A stretch of 64,000 nucleotides of DNA from Eledone cirrhosa. Lineage: Eukaryota. Below are positions 28,723-41,311 of this stretch, piece after piece. The notes under the pieces are model-generated. The model searched no databases and was not told where the DNA came from. It saw only the letters and a list, made by a program, of their open reading frames with translations. Both the position numbers and the translations under genes were made by a program. Within the stretch, counting starts at the first letter, position 1. Each line of letters starts with the position of its first letter. The stretch spans positions 12,958,001 to 13,022,000 of the forward strand of contig OZ024766.1 in the NCBI GenBank assembly GCA_964016885.1, read 5' to 3'.

Positions 28723-30440
28723 CAGGAGAACATGATATGAAGGCTAAAAAAACACTTGTGGATAGTGCAGTTTTAAATGCGCATAATAAAATACATGGAA
28801 CTCCTTTAACCATCTTTTGATCTTATATTATGTATACTCCAGTCCTACAAACTGTAGAGTGCTTCTTATCCGATATCTGCATTGCTTTATTGTACTACAA
28901 TAAAACTCACCTCCTACATTATATGTATATATATATATATATATTCTCTTTTACTCTTTTAACGTGTTCCAGCGATCCAGTTGAGGCCATGCTGGGGCAT
29001 GCCCTTGTTACACATTCTTTCTCCAACCTGTGTTGGTTGGCCATTTGGCAAAGAGGGGGTTCATTGTTGCTGCCCTTAGGTTACCTTCGAACCATGCTGT
29101 GGGCTCATCCAGGATCCTGATAACAGGGTGTCGAGATGTTCCTTGAAAACATCCACGTCCACACCGTGCAGATCTCTCAAATTCCTTGGCAGCTTGTTGA
29201 CGAGGTGAGGGCCCTTGAACCCCAGGTTATTGTAATACCTGCTCCTTATTCTGTATATATTTATAAGTATATATCTATATATGTGTGTGTGTGTGTGTGG
29301 TAGGAAGTATGGTAAGGAACGAGGTGGACCATAACGCACCAGATCACGCGATACTTTGGTTAGTAGATATATATATATATGTGAGTGTGTGTTAAGCTAT
29401 TCTATTAAATCTACCCCAGGATATCACTGGTACTATATTTTATCAACCCCTGAATTATGAAACATTTCATTTTACGTCCCCTTTTCCCTGCTTTCAAGAG
29501 TGGGACAGGAACTGATTCTGGCTTGATTTCTACAGCTTGATGCCCTTCCTAAAACCAACCTCATTTACAGTGAGTGCTGGGTGATTTTTTGCCGTGGCAC
29601 CTCTACGACCACTTTACAGTGGAATGATAGGGACCCCAGTCCCTATCATCTCATTTTTACAGCTGAGTAAACTGGAGCAATTTGAAATAAAGTGTCTTGC
29701 TCAAGGAAACAACACATTACCCGGTCTGAGAATTGAACTCACAACCTTTCGATAAAGAATAATACAATTATAGAGATTATAAAAGATTATAAAAGAATAA
29801 TACATATTATTCCTTTCGAATACAATAAAAGGCCTGCTTTTACAACTTTGGTATTTATTGAGGATATTGTGACTCGTTTAACCCTTTAGCATTTAAACCG
29901 GCCATATCCGGCCAGAAATCTCTCACTTTTTTCTGTTCAAACCGGCTGTAACTAGCCACTCATACTGACGTTAAGGTATTCTTCTCAAAATAAATAATAT
30001 CAAAATCTCATAGATTCAATATTATGTGAGATAACTATATAAGATAAAGTGTTTACTGTGACATTACAATAGTAAATATAGAGTAATGTAAGTGCTAAAG
30101 GGTTAAATAACTTAAATTTACAACTTCAAGGTAAAACTCAGCTCGTAAATGAAATGTATAACCATATTGTTGCCTTTGAAAAAAAGCTACAGTTGTGGGA
30201 ACATCAACTTTGAAATAAAAATTATGTGCATTTTCCATCATTTCAAGGAGGGAAATCACAGGATTCAGAGGTATTTGTGAATATAATTCAAGATTTGAGA
30301 AATGAATAGTATAGTCAACACTCGAGATTAAATTTTAGCTTGTGTAATTTTCCATAATTATTCTTTTATGGCGTTCGTCCGGCCCGTGGAGGCAAAGAAG
30401 TTGCCAATCCCTGATCTACACCAATGTTTTCCTGTTACAG

Positions 30441-30578
30441 TGTGCAGTAGTGGAAGACTTGGTGCCAACTGTGATCAGGTGTGTCATTGTGAAGATAACA
30501 ACAGGTGTAATGTGGAATTAGGGATCTGTTCAAGGGGTAGATGTGCTCCAGGTTATGAAGGAAACAGTTGTCAGAAAG
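30441..30578 (+). CDS. EGF-like exon, copy 6 (consensus)
   Basis: Same splice sites, 138 nt; all 8 cysteines intact. Confidence 0.88.
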
Positions 30579-32626
30579 GTTAGTTATTTTCATATCTCAG
30601 CTTTTATCTCTCACCAGTCCAGGTACTTTAATTTATCAACCCCAGTACGTTACTGGTACTTTACTTTATCAACCCCAGTACGTTACTGATACTTTACTTT
30701 ATCAAACCCAGTACATTACTGGTACTTTACTTTAACAACCCCAGTACATTACTGGTACCTTACTTTATCAACCCAAGAACGTTACAGGTACTTTACTTCA
30801 TCAACCCCAGTACGTTACTGGTACTTTACTTTATCAACCCTGTTAGGATGAAAGCCAGAGCTATAACTTCAGTAGGATTTGAACCCAGTTACGGCCCTTT
30901 ACGTTCTGAGTTCAAATCCCATCAAGGTAAGTTTTGCCTTTCATCCTTACTGGGTTGATAAAATAAAGTACCAGTAACACACTGGGGTCAATCAACACCC
31001 CTTCCCCAAATGTGTTGGCCTTGCATCTAAATCAGAAACCATTAAAATAATCTCTAAATTTCTAGTCAACAATCAATATTATTAGTTAGAAATATTAGTT
31101 AATAATTGTTTCTACGTTAGGCACAAGGCCAGCAATTACCCCAGTGTATTACTGCTACTTTATTTTATCGACCCCGTAAGGATGAAAGGCAAAGTTAACC
31201 TCGGTGGGATTTGAACTCAGAATGGCAAGGGCCGTAACTCTATGCATCAAAGCATGGCGTCCGACCCTCCACTGATACTGCCAATCCACTGCCATTAATA
31301 TTATTATTGACTAATAATATTAACTAATAATATTAACTAATTATATTAACTAATAATATTAACTAATTATATTGACTAATAATATTAACTAATAATATTA
31401 ACTAAATAATATTAACTAAATAATATTAACTAATAATATTAACTAATAATATTAACTAATTATATTAACTAATAATATTAACTAATTATATTAACTAATA
31501 ATATTAACTAATAATATTTACTAATTATATAACTCTATGCATCAAAGCATGGCGTCCGACGCTCCACCGATACTGCCAATCCACCGAATAATATTAACTA
31601 ATTCAAATCCCGCCGAGGTTAACTTTGCCTTTCATCCTTACGGGGTTGATAAAATAAAGTACCAGTAATACACTGGGGTAATTGCTGGCCTTGTGCCTAA
31701 TGTAAAAATTATTTAAATTATTAGTGAATATTATTAGTTGATAATATTAGTTAATATTATTAGTTAATATAATTAGTGAATGTTATTAGTTAATATTATT
31801 AGGTGATAATATTAGTTAATATTATTAGTTAATATAATTAGTCAATATAATTAGTTAATGAGGTTAACTTTGCCTTTCATCCTTACGGGGTCGATAAAAT
31901 AAAGTACCAGTAATGTACTGGGTAATTGCTGGCCTTGTGCCTAACGTAGAAACAATTATTAGTTCATATAATTAGTTACTATTATTAGTAAATATAATTA
32001 GTCAATATAATTAGTCAATATAATTAGTCAATATAATTAGTCAATATAATTAGTCAATATTATTAGTCAATACTATTAGTAAATATAATTAGTCAATATA
32101 ATAAGTCAATATAATTAGTCAATATTATTACTCAATATAATTAGTCAATATAATTAGTCAATATAATTAGTCAATATTATTACTCAATATTATTAGTAAA
32201 TATAATTAGTCAATATAATTAGAAACAATTATATTTTATCAACCCCAGAATGTTGGTTGTGTGGGTTTTTTATTTCTGTATGAAGTTCAGACAGTCAGCC
32301 ATACAGACACATGATATGAGTGTGCAACATCGTAGCTATGTTTCTGTCAGTTGAAAGCAAGTCTTTGTATTAACTTTTAGAGAAAGTCACACCCAGTTAA
32401 ATTACATGACCTTAGGTAAGTGTATGGGAGAGACAGGAGGAGAGATAGAGAGAGAGGGGGCGATAGAGACAGAGAGAGAGAGAAAGAGAGGGATATCGAG
32501 AGAGGGAGATAGAGGGAGAGAAAGATGTGAGAGAGAGAGGGAGAGAGAGAAAGTGGGAAGAATGGAGACTAAAAGTGGAAGAGGCAGAGAGATAGAAAGT
32601 AAAATGTAGTAGTAATTCTAATGTTG

Positions 32627-32671
<45 letters not shown>

Positions 32672-32814
32672 GAGGTTATATTTAATTTGTTGGGATTCAA
32701 TAAGCTTAAAAATGTTTATAACTGATATAAAGCACTCAACAGTTTGCCTTGGTTGCCTTGAAATATGTATAATAAAATAAATATGGTTTTATAAATATAG
32801 TTTCCATTTATTAA

Positions 32815-32851
<37 letters not shown>

Positions 32852-32974
32852 AGGAAAAGAGTCAGGACCCCAACTGCTGATCTCTGGCCAGAGCTCAGCT
32901 GTTGGGTTCCTGGCTCTTTTCCTATTACCCACTCTTCTACCCTAAGTATTGAGTACTCTGAGATATATATATAT

Positions 32975-33025
<51 letters not shown>

Positions 33026-33583
33026 TCCCAAATTAAAATTAAGGGTTGTCATGTCTGAGAGACATGCACCATGCGTAGAATAAGCTGAAAGATTAGATCC
33101 GAGCATTACATATCAACTAGAAATAGATTGACATATATATATATATATATAATAAATACATGAAACAATCACAGGGAATAATTTGTAAAGAATGTAGGCA
33201 CACATAGCTAGGTAGGTAACTAATTAAAGCTTGACTAGAACTTCAAATATAGATACCTTTTAAAATGATTAATCTCCTTTGTATATATTTCTTTAAGTAA
33301 GAAATATATTTCACCTATTAATCCGTAAATCACAGCAGTTAAATTCTTGGATGTTCACCAAATGAGAAGAAAAATAACCATCTGCGTTTACACAGCAAAT
33401 GCAAATCTGCGAATGATTTGAACCACTTGTTGCATTTTTTTAAAAATACACTCGTTGAACAACGTCATCCCAGTGGCCTGAATAGGACCATCGACAGCCA
33501 GAAATAGCCAGAAATATAAATATAAATATATATATATGTATATATAATATAAGATCAAAAGATGGTTAAAGGAGTTCCATGTA

Positions 33584-33650
33584 TTTTATTATGCGCATTT
33601 CAAAAACAAACATCATCATGCAATAATATTTGTGTTTTCATCAGATAAAA
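33584..33650 (-). ncRNA. Type I hammerhead ribozyme, copy 5
   Basis: Same sequence as 2739-2805. Confidence 0.85.
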
Positions 33651-34539
33651 CAGGAGAACATGATATGAAGGCTAAAAAAACACTTGTGGATAGTGCAGTT
33701 TTAAATGCGCATAATAAAATACATGGAACTCCTTTAACCATCTTTTGATCTTATATTATGTATACTCCAGTCCTACAAACTGTAGAGTGCTTCTTATCCG
33801 ATATCTGCATTGCTTTATTGTACTACAATAAAACTCACCTCCTACATTATATGTATATATATATATATATATATATTCTCTTTTACTCTTTTAACGTGTT
33901 CCAGCGATCCAGTTGAGGCCATGCTGGGGCATGCCCTTGTTACACATTCTTTCTCCAACCTGTGTTGGTTGGCCATTTGGCAAAGAGGGGGTTCGTTGTT
34001 GCTGCCCTTAGGTTACCTTCGAACCATGCTGTGGGCTCATCCAGGATCCTGATAACAGGGTGTCGAGATGTTCCTTGAAAACATCCACGTCCACACCATG
34101 CAGATCTCTCAAATTCCTTGGCAGCTTGTTGAAGAGGTGAGGGCCCTTGAACCCCAGGTTATTGTAATACCTGCTCCTTATTCTGTATATATTTATAAGT
34201 ATATATCTATATATGTGTGTGTGTGTGTGTTGTAGGAAGTATGGTAAGGAACGAGGTGGACCATAACGCACCAGATCACGCGATACTTTGGTTAGTAGAT
34301 ATATATATATATGTGAGTGTGTGTTAAGCTATTCTATTAAATCTACCCCAGGATATCACTGGTACTATATTTTATCAACCCCTGAATTATGAAATCATTT
34401 CATTTTACGTCCCCTTTTCCCTGCTTGCAAGAGTGGGACAGGAACTGATTCTGGCTTGATTTCTACAGCTTGATGCCCTTCCTAAAACCAACCTCATTTA
34501 CAGTGAGTGCTGGGTGATTTTTTGCCGTGGCACCTCTAC

Positions 34540-34727
34540 GACCACTTTACAGTGGAATGATAGGGACCCCAGTCCCTATCATCCCATTTCTACAGCTGAG
34601 TAAACTGGAGCAATTTGAAATAAAGTGTCTTGCTCAAGGAAACAACACATTACCCGGTCTGAGAATTGAACTCACAACCTTTCGATTGCAAGGCCAATGT
34701 TCTAACCACTAAGCCATGTGCCTCCAC
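34540..34727 (-). mobile_element. tRNA/CORE-like SINE, intact only in the last unit
   Basis: tgtcttgctcaaggaaacaacac...gaattgaactcacaacctttcgattgcaaggcc...taaccactaagccatgtgcctccac has reverse-strand B- and A-box-like motifs; a related copy lies at ~60430-60560. Confidence 0.75.
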
Positions 34728-34932
34728 ATATATATACTGTATATATACAGTATATATATATATATATATATATACAGTATATATATATATATATATATAT
34801 ATACAGTATATATATATATATATATATATACAGTATATATATATATATATATATATATACTGTATATATATATAAATATATACTGTATATATATATACTG
34901 TATATATATATATACTGTATATATATACCGTA

Positions 34933-34981
<49 letters not shown>

Positions 34982-35124
34982 TATATATATATATATATAT
35001 ATACAGTATATATATATATATATATATATACTGTATATATATATACAGTATATATATATATATATACTGTATATATATATAAATATATACTGTATATATA
35101 TATACACTGTATATATATACTGTA

Positions 35125-35156
<32 letters not shown>

Positions 35157-35189
35157 GTTAAAAGAATAGAGGTGTAACACACAAGTTAT

Positions 35190-35575
35190 TATATATTGGT
35201 AAACGGAATAGAAAATGCTGACAAATTGTTCACAGTTGAAAAATGGTTTAATTAGGAATAAAAGAGTATTAGTGATTGTATGGGTTAGTATTCAGTTGTG
35301 GTTTTAAGTTTTTAAGTTTTTACCGGTTGCGCATTTCTAAATGCTTTTCAAAAATAATTTTGAGATAGAGTGTCCGTGCTGTTTGCTCTGATCAGAGCAA
35401 ACAGCACGGACACTCTATCTCAAAATTATTTTTGAAAAGCATTTAAAAATGCGCAACCGGTAAAAACTTAAAACCACAACTGAATACTAACCCATACAAT
35501 CACTAATACTCTTTTATTCCTAATTAAACCATTTTTCAACTGTGAACAATTTGTCAGCATTTTCTATTCCGTTTA

Positions 35576-35586
<11 letters not shown>
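35190..35586. repeat. Near-perfect spacer-less palindrome, ~200-bp arms
   Basis: Centre ctctga|tcagag at 35391/35392; one 8-nt indel and one mismatch between the arms. Confidence 0.93.
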
Positions 35587-35614
<28 letters not shown>

Positions 35615-35726
35615 TATATATATACAGTATATATATACAGTATATATATATATATATACAGTATATATATACAGTATATATATACAGTATATATATATAT
35701 ATATATATATACAGTATATATATACA

Positions 35727-35771
<45 letters not shown>

Positions 35772-35806
35772 TATATATATATACACAGTATATATATATA
35801 TAAACA

Positions 35807-35846
<40 letters not shown>

Positions 35847-35940
35847 AGTATATATATATATATACAGTATATATATATATAAACAGTATAAATATACAGT
35901 ATATATATATATATATATACAGTATATATATATATATACA

Positions 35941-36005
<65 letters not shown>

Positions 36006-36081
36006 CAATAATAATGGGTTCAAATCTCAGGCGATCATTTACAATGAAATAGCTCAAAGGAAGACTATTCTGAGCCGTGTA

Positions 36082-36629
36082 ATATAGGTTAACACAAATC
36101 AATATATTTGATAAACAAATCCTCATATTTATGTCTGTATTGTAAATGACCAAGTTAGCTAGATAGAAATATACTAATAATAATATTACAGTTTGCCTAT
36201 CATGACTTAAGATAATACATCATAAATCAACAAAAACAAATTGTATTGGCAATGGCCGTGGTGCTTGGACAAATTTAAATTTCAAAATCAAACCTGTTCC
36301 GTAGACAGGTTTAAACCTTAAAATCCAAATATGTTTCGAATAATTAAAAAGTGGAAGGACTTTTTCATTATTCGAAACATATTTGGATTTTAAGGTTTAA
36401 ACCTGTCTACGGAACAGGTTTGATTTTGAAATTTAAATTTGTCCAAGCACCACGGCCATTGCCAATACAATTTGTTTTTGTTGATTTATGATGTATTATC
36501 TTAAGTCATGATAGGCAAACTGTAATATTATTATTAGTATATTTCTATCTAGCTAACTTGGTCATTTACAATACATACATAAATATGAGGATTTGTTTAT
36601 CAAATATATTGATTTGTGTTAACCTATAT
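36082..36629. repeat. Near-perfect palindrome, ~270-bp arms, ~6-nt loop
   Basis: Loop ggaagg at 36353-36358; arms are reverse-complementary with ~2 mismatches. Confidence 0.93.
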
Positions 36630-36757
36630 ATATATATATATATATACACGTATATATATATATATACACGTATATATATATATATATATACACGTATATA
36701 TATATATACACATATATATATATATATATACACATATATATATATATATATACACAC

Positions 36758-36804
<47 letters not shown>

Positions 36805-36861
36805 CGTATATATATACATTTATATATATATACACGTATATACATATATATATCCGTGTAT

Positions 36862-36907
<46 letters not shown>

Positions 36908-36946
36908 TACACAACCCATGCTAGCATGGAGGATCGACGTTAAAGG

Positions 36947-36995
<49 letters not shown>

Positions 36996-37750
36996 GCATA
37001 TATATTATATTTGAGACATTTTCCTGATCTTGTTTACATTTTCCAAATATAATTTTATCACGCTCTGATAAACTGAACTTTATAAATTCTTTCATTGCAC
37101 AAATTTCGTTGAAATCCATATTAAGTTTGTAATTTTGCATGAGTTACAGTAATTTGAAAAGATATGAGGTCATACGTATATTACAAAGAAACTTGTTTTT
37201 TTCTCCTGTATTATACACACCTACATACATTTCTATCTTTTGTCTGTGTTGATACATCTATATATATATATATATATATATACATACACATATGTATGTA
37301 TGTATGTATATATATATATATAATAAATATATATATGTATATACATACACATGACTACATATTTGTATATATTAGGCAAAATGTTTAGATTGTATTCATT
37401 GAAATGTATAGAAATTTCCTTTCACTGAGTCATATCAATAAAAACGCAGACAAACATGGACAAAAAAACACTCACACACATATAAATACAAGTGCACACA
37501 CATACACATCTACACTCCCACAGACATACATCTACACAAGTTCATTATATATAAATATATGCAGTCTGAGTTCAAATCCCTCCGAGGTTAACTTTGCCTT
37601 ACAGGGTCGATAAAATAAAGTACCAGTAATACACTGGGTTAATTGCTGGCCTTGTGCCAAAAGTAGAAACAATTATATATAAATATATATAGATATTTTA
37701 TTTACTCATGCTAGCCATGAAAATGGACGTTAAACGATGATGATGATGCC

Positions 37751-38560
37751 CCAAGCACAGCCAACAGAAGGACCAACTATACACATAAACAGCAACCTTG
37801 TAAGTAAGACAATTAAGAAGCTGAAGACGCATAAAGCATCGGGAGTCGTAGCTGAGATGTTGAAAGCATCTTGGGCAGTAAGGCCCAACCTAACCACCCT
37901 CATTGAAAACAAATAATAGAGAATGGTATAATTCCCAGTGATTGAAATAGCATCATCATCATCAACTGTTACAAGGGTAAAAGACATGCCCTAGAGAGAA
38001 GTAACTACAGAGGCATAAAGCTGACTGACCAGGTCATGAAAGTTACAGAAAGGGTCATCACACAACTGATTAGAGATCGTATATAACTAGATGAAATGCT
38101 GTTTGGATTTATGCCGGGAAGAAGCAGCACCGATGCCCTCTTCCTTGCGAAGCAAATGCAGGAGAAGTAGTTGGCAAAAAGCAAGTCACTCAACCTAGCT
38201 TTCGTTGACCTGGAGAAAGCTTCTGACAGAGTTCCTCAACCCATAATATGGTGGGCCCTCAAAAAACAAGGCATGGATGAGTGGCTTGTGAGAGCAGTAC
38301 AGGCCATTTACAAAGTGGCCACCAGCAAAGTTAATATCAACAATGAATACAGGGAGGAATGCAGCTGACAGGTAGGGGTTCACCAAGGTTCCGTCCTTTA
38401 CCCCATCCTCTTCATTATTGTCCTACAGGCTATAACAGAGGAATTTAAGACTGGTTGCCCTTGGGAACTTCTATACGCCAATGACCTGACCCTCTTAGCC
38501 AAATCTATGACAGAATTAGAGAATAAATTTCAGACATGGAGGCACAACTTGGAAACAAAA
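37751..38560 (+). mobile_element. Degenerate RTE-clade LINE reverse transcriptase fragment
   Basis: Motifs NYRGIKL, FGFMPGRSSTDA, AFVDLEKASDRVP, GVHQGSVLYP and LLYAND, interrupted by stops and frameshifts. Confidence 0.9.
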
Positions 38561-40070
38561 TGTAAGAAATGGCCACCTTAAATCCCAATATACTTACCTA
38601 AGAGCCTGACCAGCAGGTGGTGAGTTGGTATTGGTAGATATACCACTCATGCCAGCAGCTCATTGCAGCCTAGTACCCCAACCTATATGATATCATCTGG
38701 GAGGCCACAGGGCAAGTTTGTAAGCCAAGTGTGTGTGACACAGGAGGTGAACTGTTGGCTACTTCAACAATTCAGGCCAGTGACAAGAGTTAGCAAAACC
38801 TCTCCACAAAAACAGGTAAAGCCCATTGGTAATGGTAATGACAGGGTTAGGTTTGGAAAATGGGGAGCCCCTAGTATGTGATCTTTGAGTTTTTTTTCTT
38901 TTGTTTGCACATTTGTGTTTTGTGCTCTTTTGGGTTGTCCCTTGTCTTCACTGCAAGAAGACGAGGTCCCTGTGTAACTCTAAAATGTTTGTATTTGTGT
39001 ATTTCTGTGGGGGTTTAAATATGTATTTGTTTTTGGATGGAGTGGGGGAGATATCCTCATGTTCCCCTTGGGTTGGTTCTGTCTTGGTTGTTATTGGTGG
39101 GGGTTTAGCTGCTGCTGGGGCTGGTGTTGCTAGTTGTGTGGCCCTAAGTCCTTCTGTATTTGAAAGAAACATTCACAGATCTATTAAACATTGTAATTAA
39201 TCCCTGGTTCTTTTATTCATTTTATATACATACATGTGTATATATATATATAGTGTATGACATATATGTATATATCTGTGTATATGTTTTCAATTATGTA
39301 TAGACCTGTGTCATTATGATGCTTTTTTTAAAAAGTGACATTCAACTTTCGAACCCTGCTTTATGTTGTCTCTCCATCCCCATTAAACCAGTACACAGCC
39401 TGCAGTGTGCTCTGTTTCTTTTTCCTTCTCCCAATCATAGAAATATCCAATCTTCCTGCGGTAATGGAGGATTTAAATCTTAAAGATAAGACCATCGATA
39501 TTTCTCAGTTTTTTTAACATTTCATCTATTTATTGCTAACCTGTCTGCTATTTATCACAATAGCTATCTACCTGTCTCAGAAGCTGTCACCACATCCCTT
39601 CCACCTACTCCTGTCCTCTACCTTTCTGTTTGGCAGATATAACCTTACATTTATGCCATTTGCTTACTCACACACACTCACGTATCCTCCTACACCACGA
39701 ATGTAAATTCACTGATCTGTGACCCGTTTAATGACTGTCTGGGCAGATGTGGTCCCTGTAAGCCGTAGTGAAGGCAACCCATCTAGGAGAGTAGACAATC
39801 CAAATAAACACTCATACAGGGTGAAGAGGATGTCTCTAGTGATTATTGCATGAATAATGCACCCTGACCACATTGTAAAGAGTTTGGTAATAGGAAAGGC
39901 ATCCAGCCAAAAGAAACCAACCAAAATATTAAAAGCATGACCAATAAGATTTCCACTAGTTGCATACACAGTGCTAATATTAGTCATGTTTGAGCTTTAC
40001 TGACAGCTCCTCTGTACATTGCTTGCACTACTCTTAAAAGCTCCCACACTTCTACACTTAGTTTCCTTAA

Positions 40071-40291
40071 CCCTTTAGCATTCACATTACTCTATATATA
40101 CTATTTTATCTTGGTAGTAAACACTTTATCTTACATAATTATCTCACATAATATCGAATCTATGAGATTTTGATGTTATTTATCTTGAGAATAATACCTT
40201 AACATCAGTATGAGTGGCCAGTTACAGCTGATTTGAACAGAAAGAGGTGAGACATTTCTGGCCTGATATGGCCGGTTTGAATGCTAAAGGG
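40071..40291. mobile_element. Solo 221-bp piggyBac-type MITE, inverted relative to the array copies
   Basis: TTAA|CCCTTTAGCA...TGCTAAAGGG|TTAA; the interior is a diverged reverse complement of 3958-4178. Confidence 0.87.
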
Positions 40292-40582
40292 TTAAATACC
40301 ACCAGATGACCAATCAGAGTACTCTGTCAAAGGCCTTTTCTAGATCATCAAAAGCTAGATATAGAGGCTTATTCTTAGCTAAGAACGTCTCTTGTAGTTG
40401 TCTTACTAAAACCAGGGCATCTGTGGTGCACTTCCTTTTGTGAAAACCCTTTCTGTAACTTGGTCCATTATTTGTATCCCCCTGTGGTTTCTCCTGTCTA
40501 GTGTATCACCTTTACCCTTGTAGCATATATATATATATATATATACAGTTGAAAATTGCAAACTTGACTGTCACCACAGAAT

Positions 40583-40623
40583 TTGAACCTGAAGACTGCG
40601 AAAGCATGAAAGTACTTGTTCAA
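40583..40623 (+). ncRNA. Minimal type I hammerhead ribozyme
   Basis: TTGAAC-CTGAAGA-CTGC GAAA GCAT-GAAA-GTAC-TT-GTTCAA: 6-bp stem I, GNRA-capped stem II (first pair mismatched), palindromic AGTACT stem III, CUU site. Confidence 0.75.
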
Positions 40624-40711
40624 TTAACACTTAACATTTAATATTCTACCATACTATTTCATTCTAATACCATTATAAATTTTAAAGGATTGTAAATAAA
40701 ACGAGTAAATC

Positions 40712-41037
40712 AGACAAATTATTAACCTCCTATTCCACAGAACAATTGTAAAGATACGTAGATGTTAGTGTTGTCATTAACAGTGTCATATTTAAAGAGT
40801 GAAGATGATGTGGTCAGTATCAGTGGATGCAACAAAGATTATAAAAGAATAATACAATTATAGAGATTATAAAAGATTATAAAAGAATAATACGTATTAT
40901 TCCTTTATAATCTTTGTCGCATCTACTGATACTGACCACATCATCTTCACTCTTTAATTATGACACTGTTAATGACAACACTAACATCTATGTATCTTTA
41001 CAATTGTTCTGTGGAATAGGAGGTTAATAATATGTCT
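40712..41037. repeat. Inverted repeat with ~140-bp arms and an internally duplicated apex
   Basis: 40712-40855 is the reverse complement of ~40894-41037, with a few mismatches. Confidence 0.9.
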
Positions 41038-41050
41038 AAACTTTCCTAGA

Positions 41051-41095
41051 GCTCCGATGATTCCAAACTAAAGTTTGGAAGAAACGATTGTCAGC
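41051..41095 (+). ncRNA. Degenerate minimal hammerhead ribozyme (U4C)
   Basis: GCT-CCGATGA-TTCCAAAC TAAA GTTTGGAA-GAAA-CGATTG-TC-AGC: perfect stem II and a GUC site, but the core carries a U4C change. Confidence 0.6.
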
Positions 41096-41266
41096 AATAA
41101 ATTGTTTTGAACATAATTTTGATTATTCTGCATATTATATTCCAGCTCTGTAAAACATCTGATGTATTTACATCGAGCTATTTTTCTTACTGGTAATAAG
41201 GTAGTAATGAATTACTGACCTTTCCTGTTTATAATTATATATAGTGTATATATAAGTATAAATATT

Positions 41267-41311
<45 letters not shown>

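Larger units (their letters stand above)
1..34686. repeat. Tandem array of a ~5 kb exon-containing unit (partial copy 1-3829, then six complete units)
   Basis: Near-identical sequence recurs with junctions at 3830, 9361, 14284, 19296, 24330 and 29754 (unit lengths 5531, 4923, 5012, 5034, 5424, 4933). The array ends at 34686, where the SINE that is broken in the other units continues intact. It extends 5' beyond the window. Confidence 0.97.
34728..36900. repeat. Large (TA)n/TACAG microsatellite field interrupted by two palindromes
   Basis: Seen directly in the sequence. Confidence 0.9.

Noticed and set aside
35370-35415. Hammerhead at the centre of the 35190-35586 palindrome
   Set aside because: CTGATCA and CAAAC do not match the core, and there are no independent stems.
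34650-36950. Many Tyr/Ile-rich ORFs
   Set aside because: Translations of (TA)n microsatellite.
36940-37140. 66-aa minus-strand ORF with protein-like composition
   Set aside because: No recognisable motif or clear splice sites; it runs into a microsatellite.
39336-39460. Hydrophobic phase-1 candidate transmembrane exon between the EGF and ankyrin exons
   Set aside because: Weak AAG acceptor, short hydrophobic stretch, and a phase-0 donor incompatible with exon 59512.
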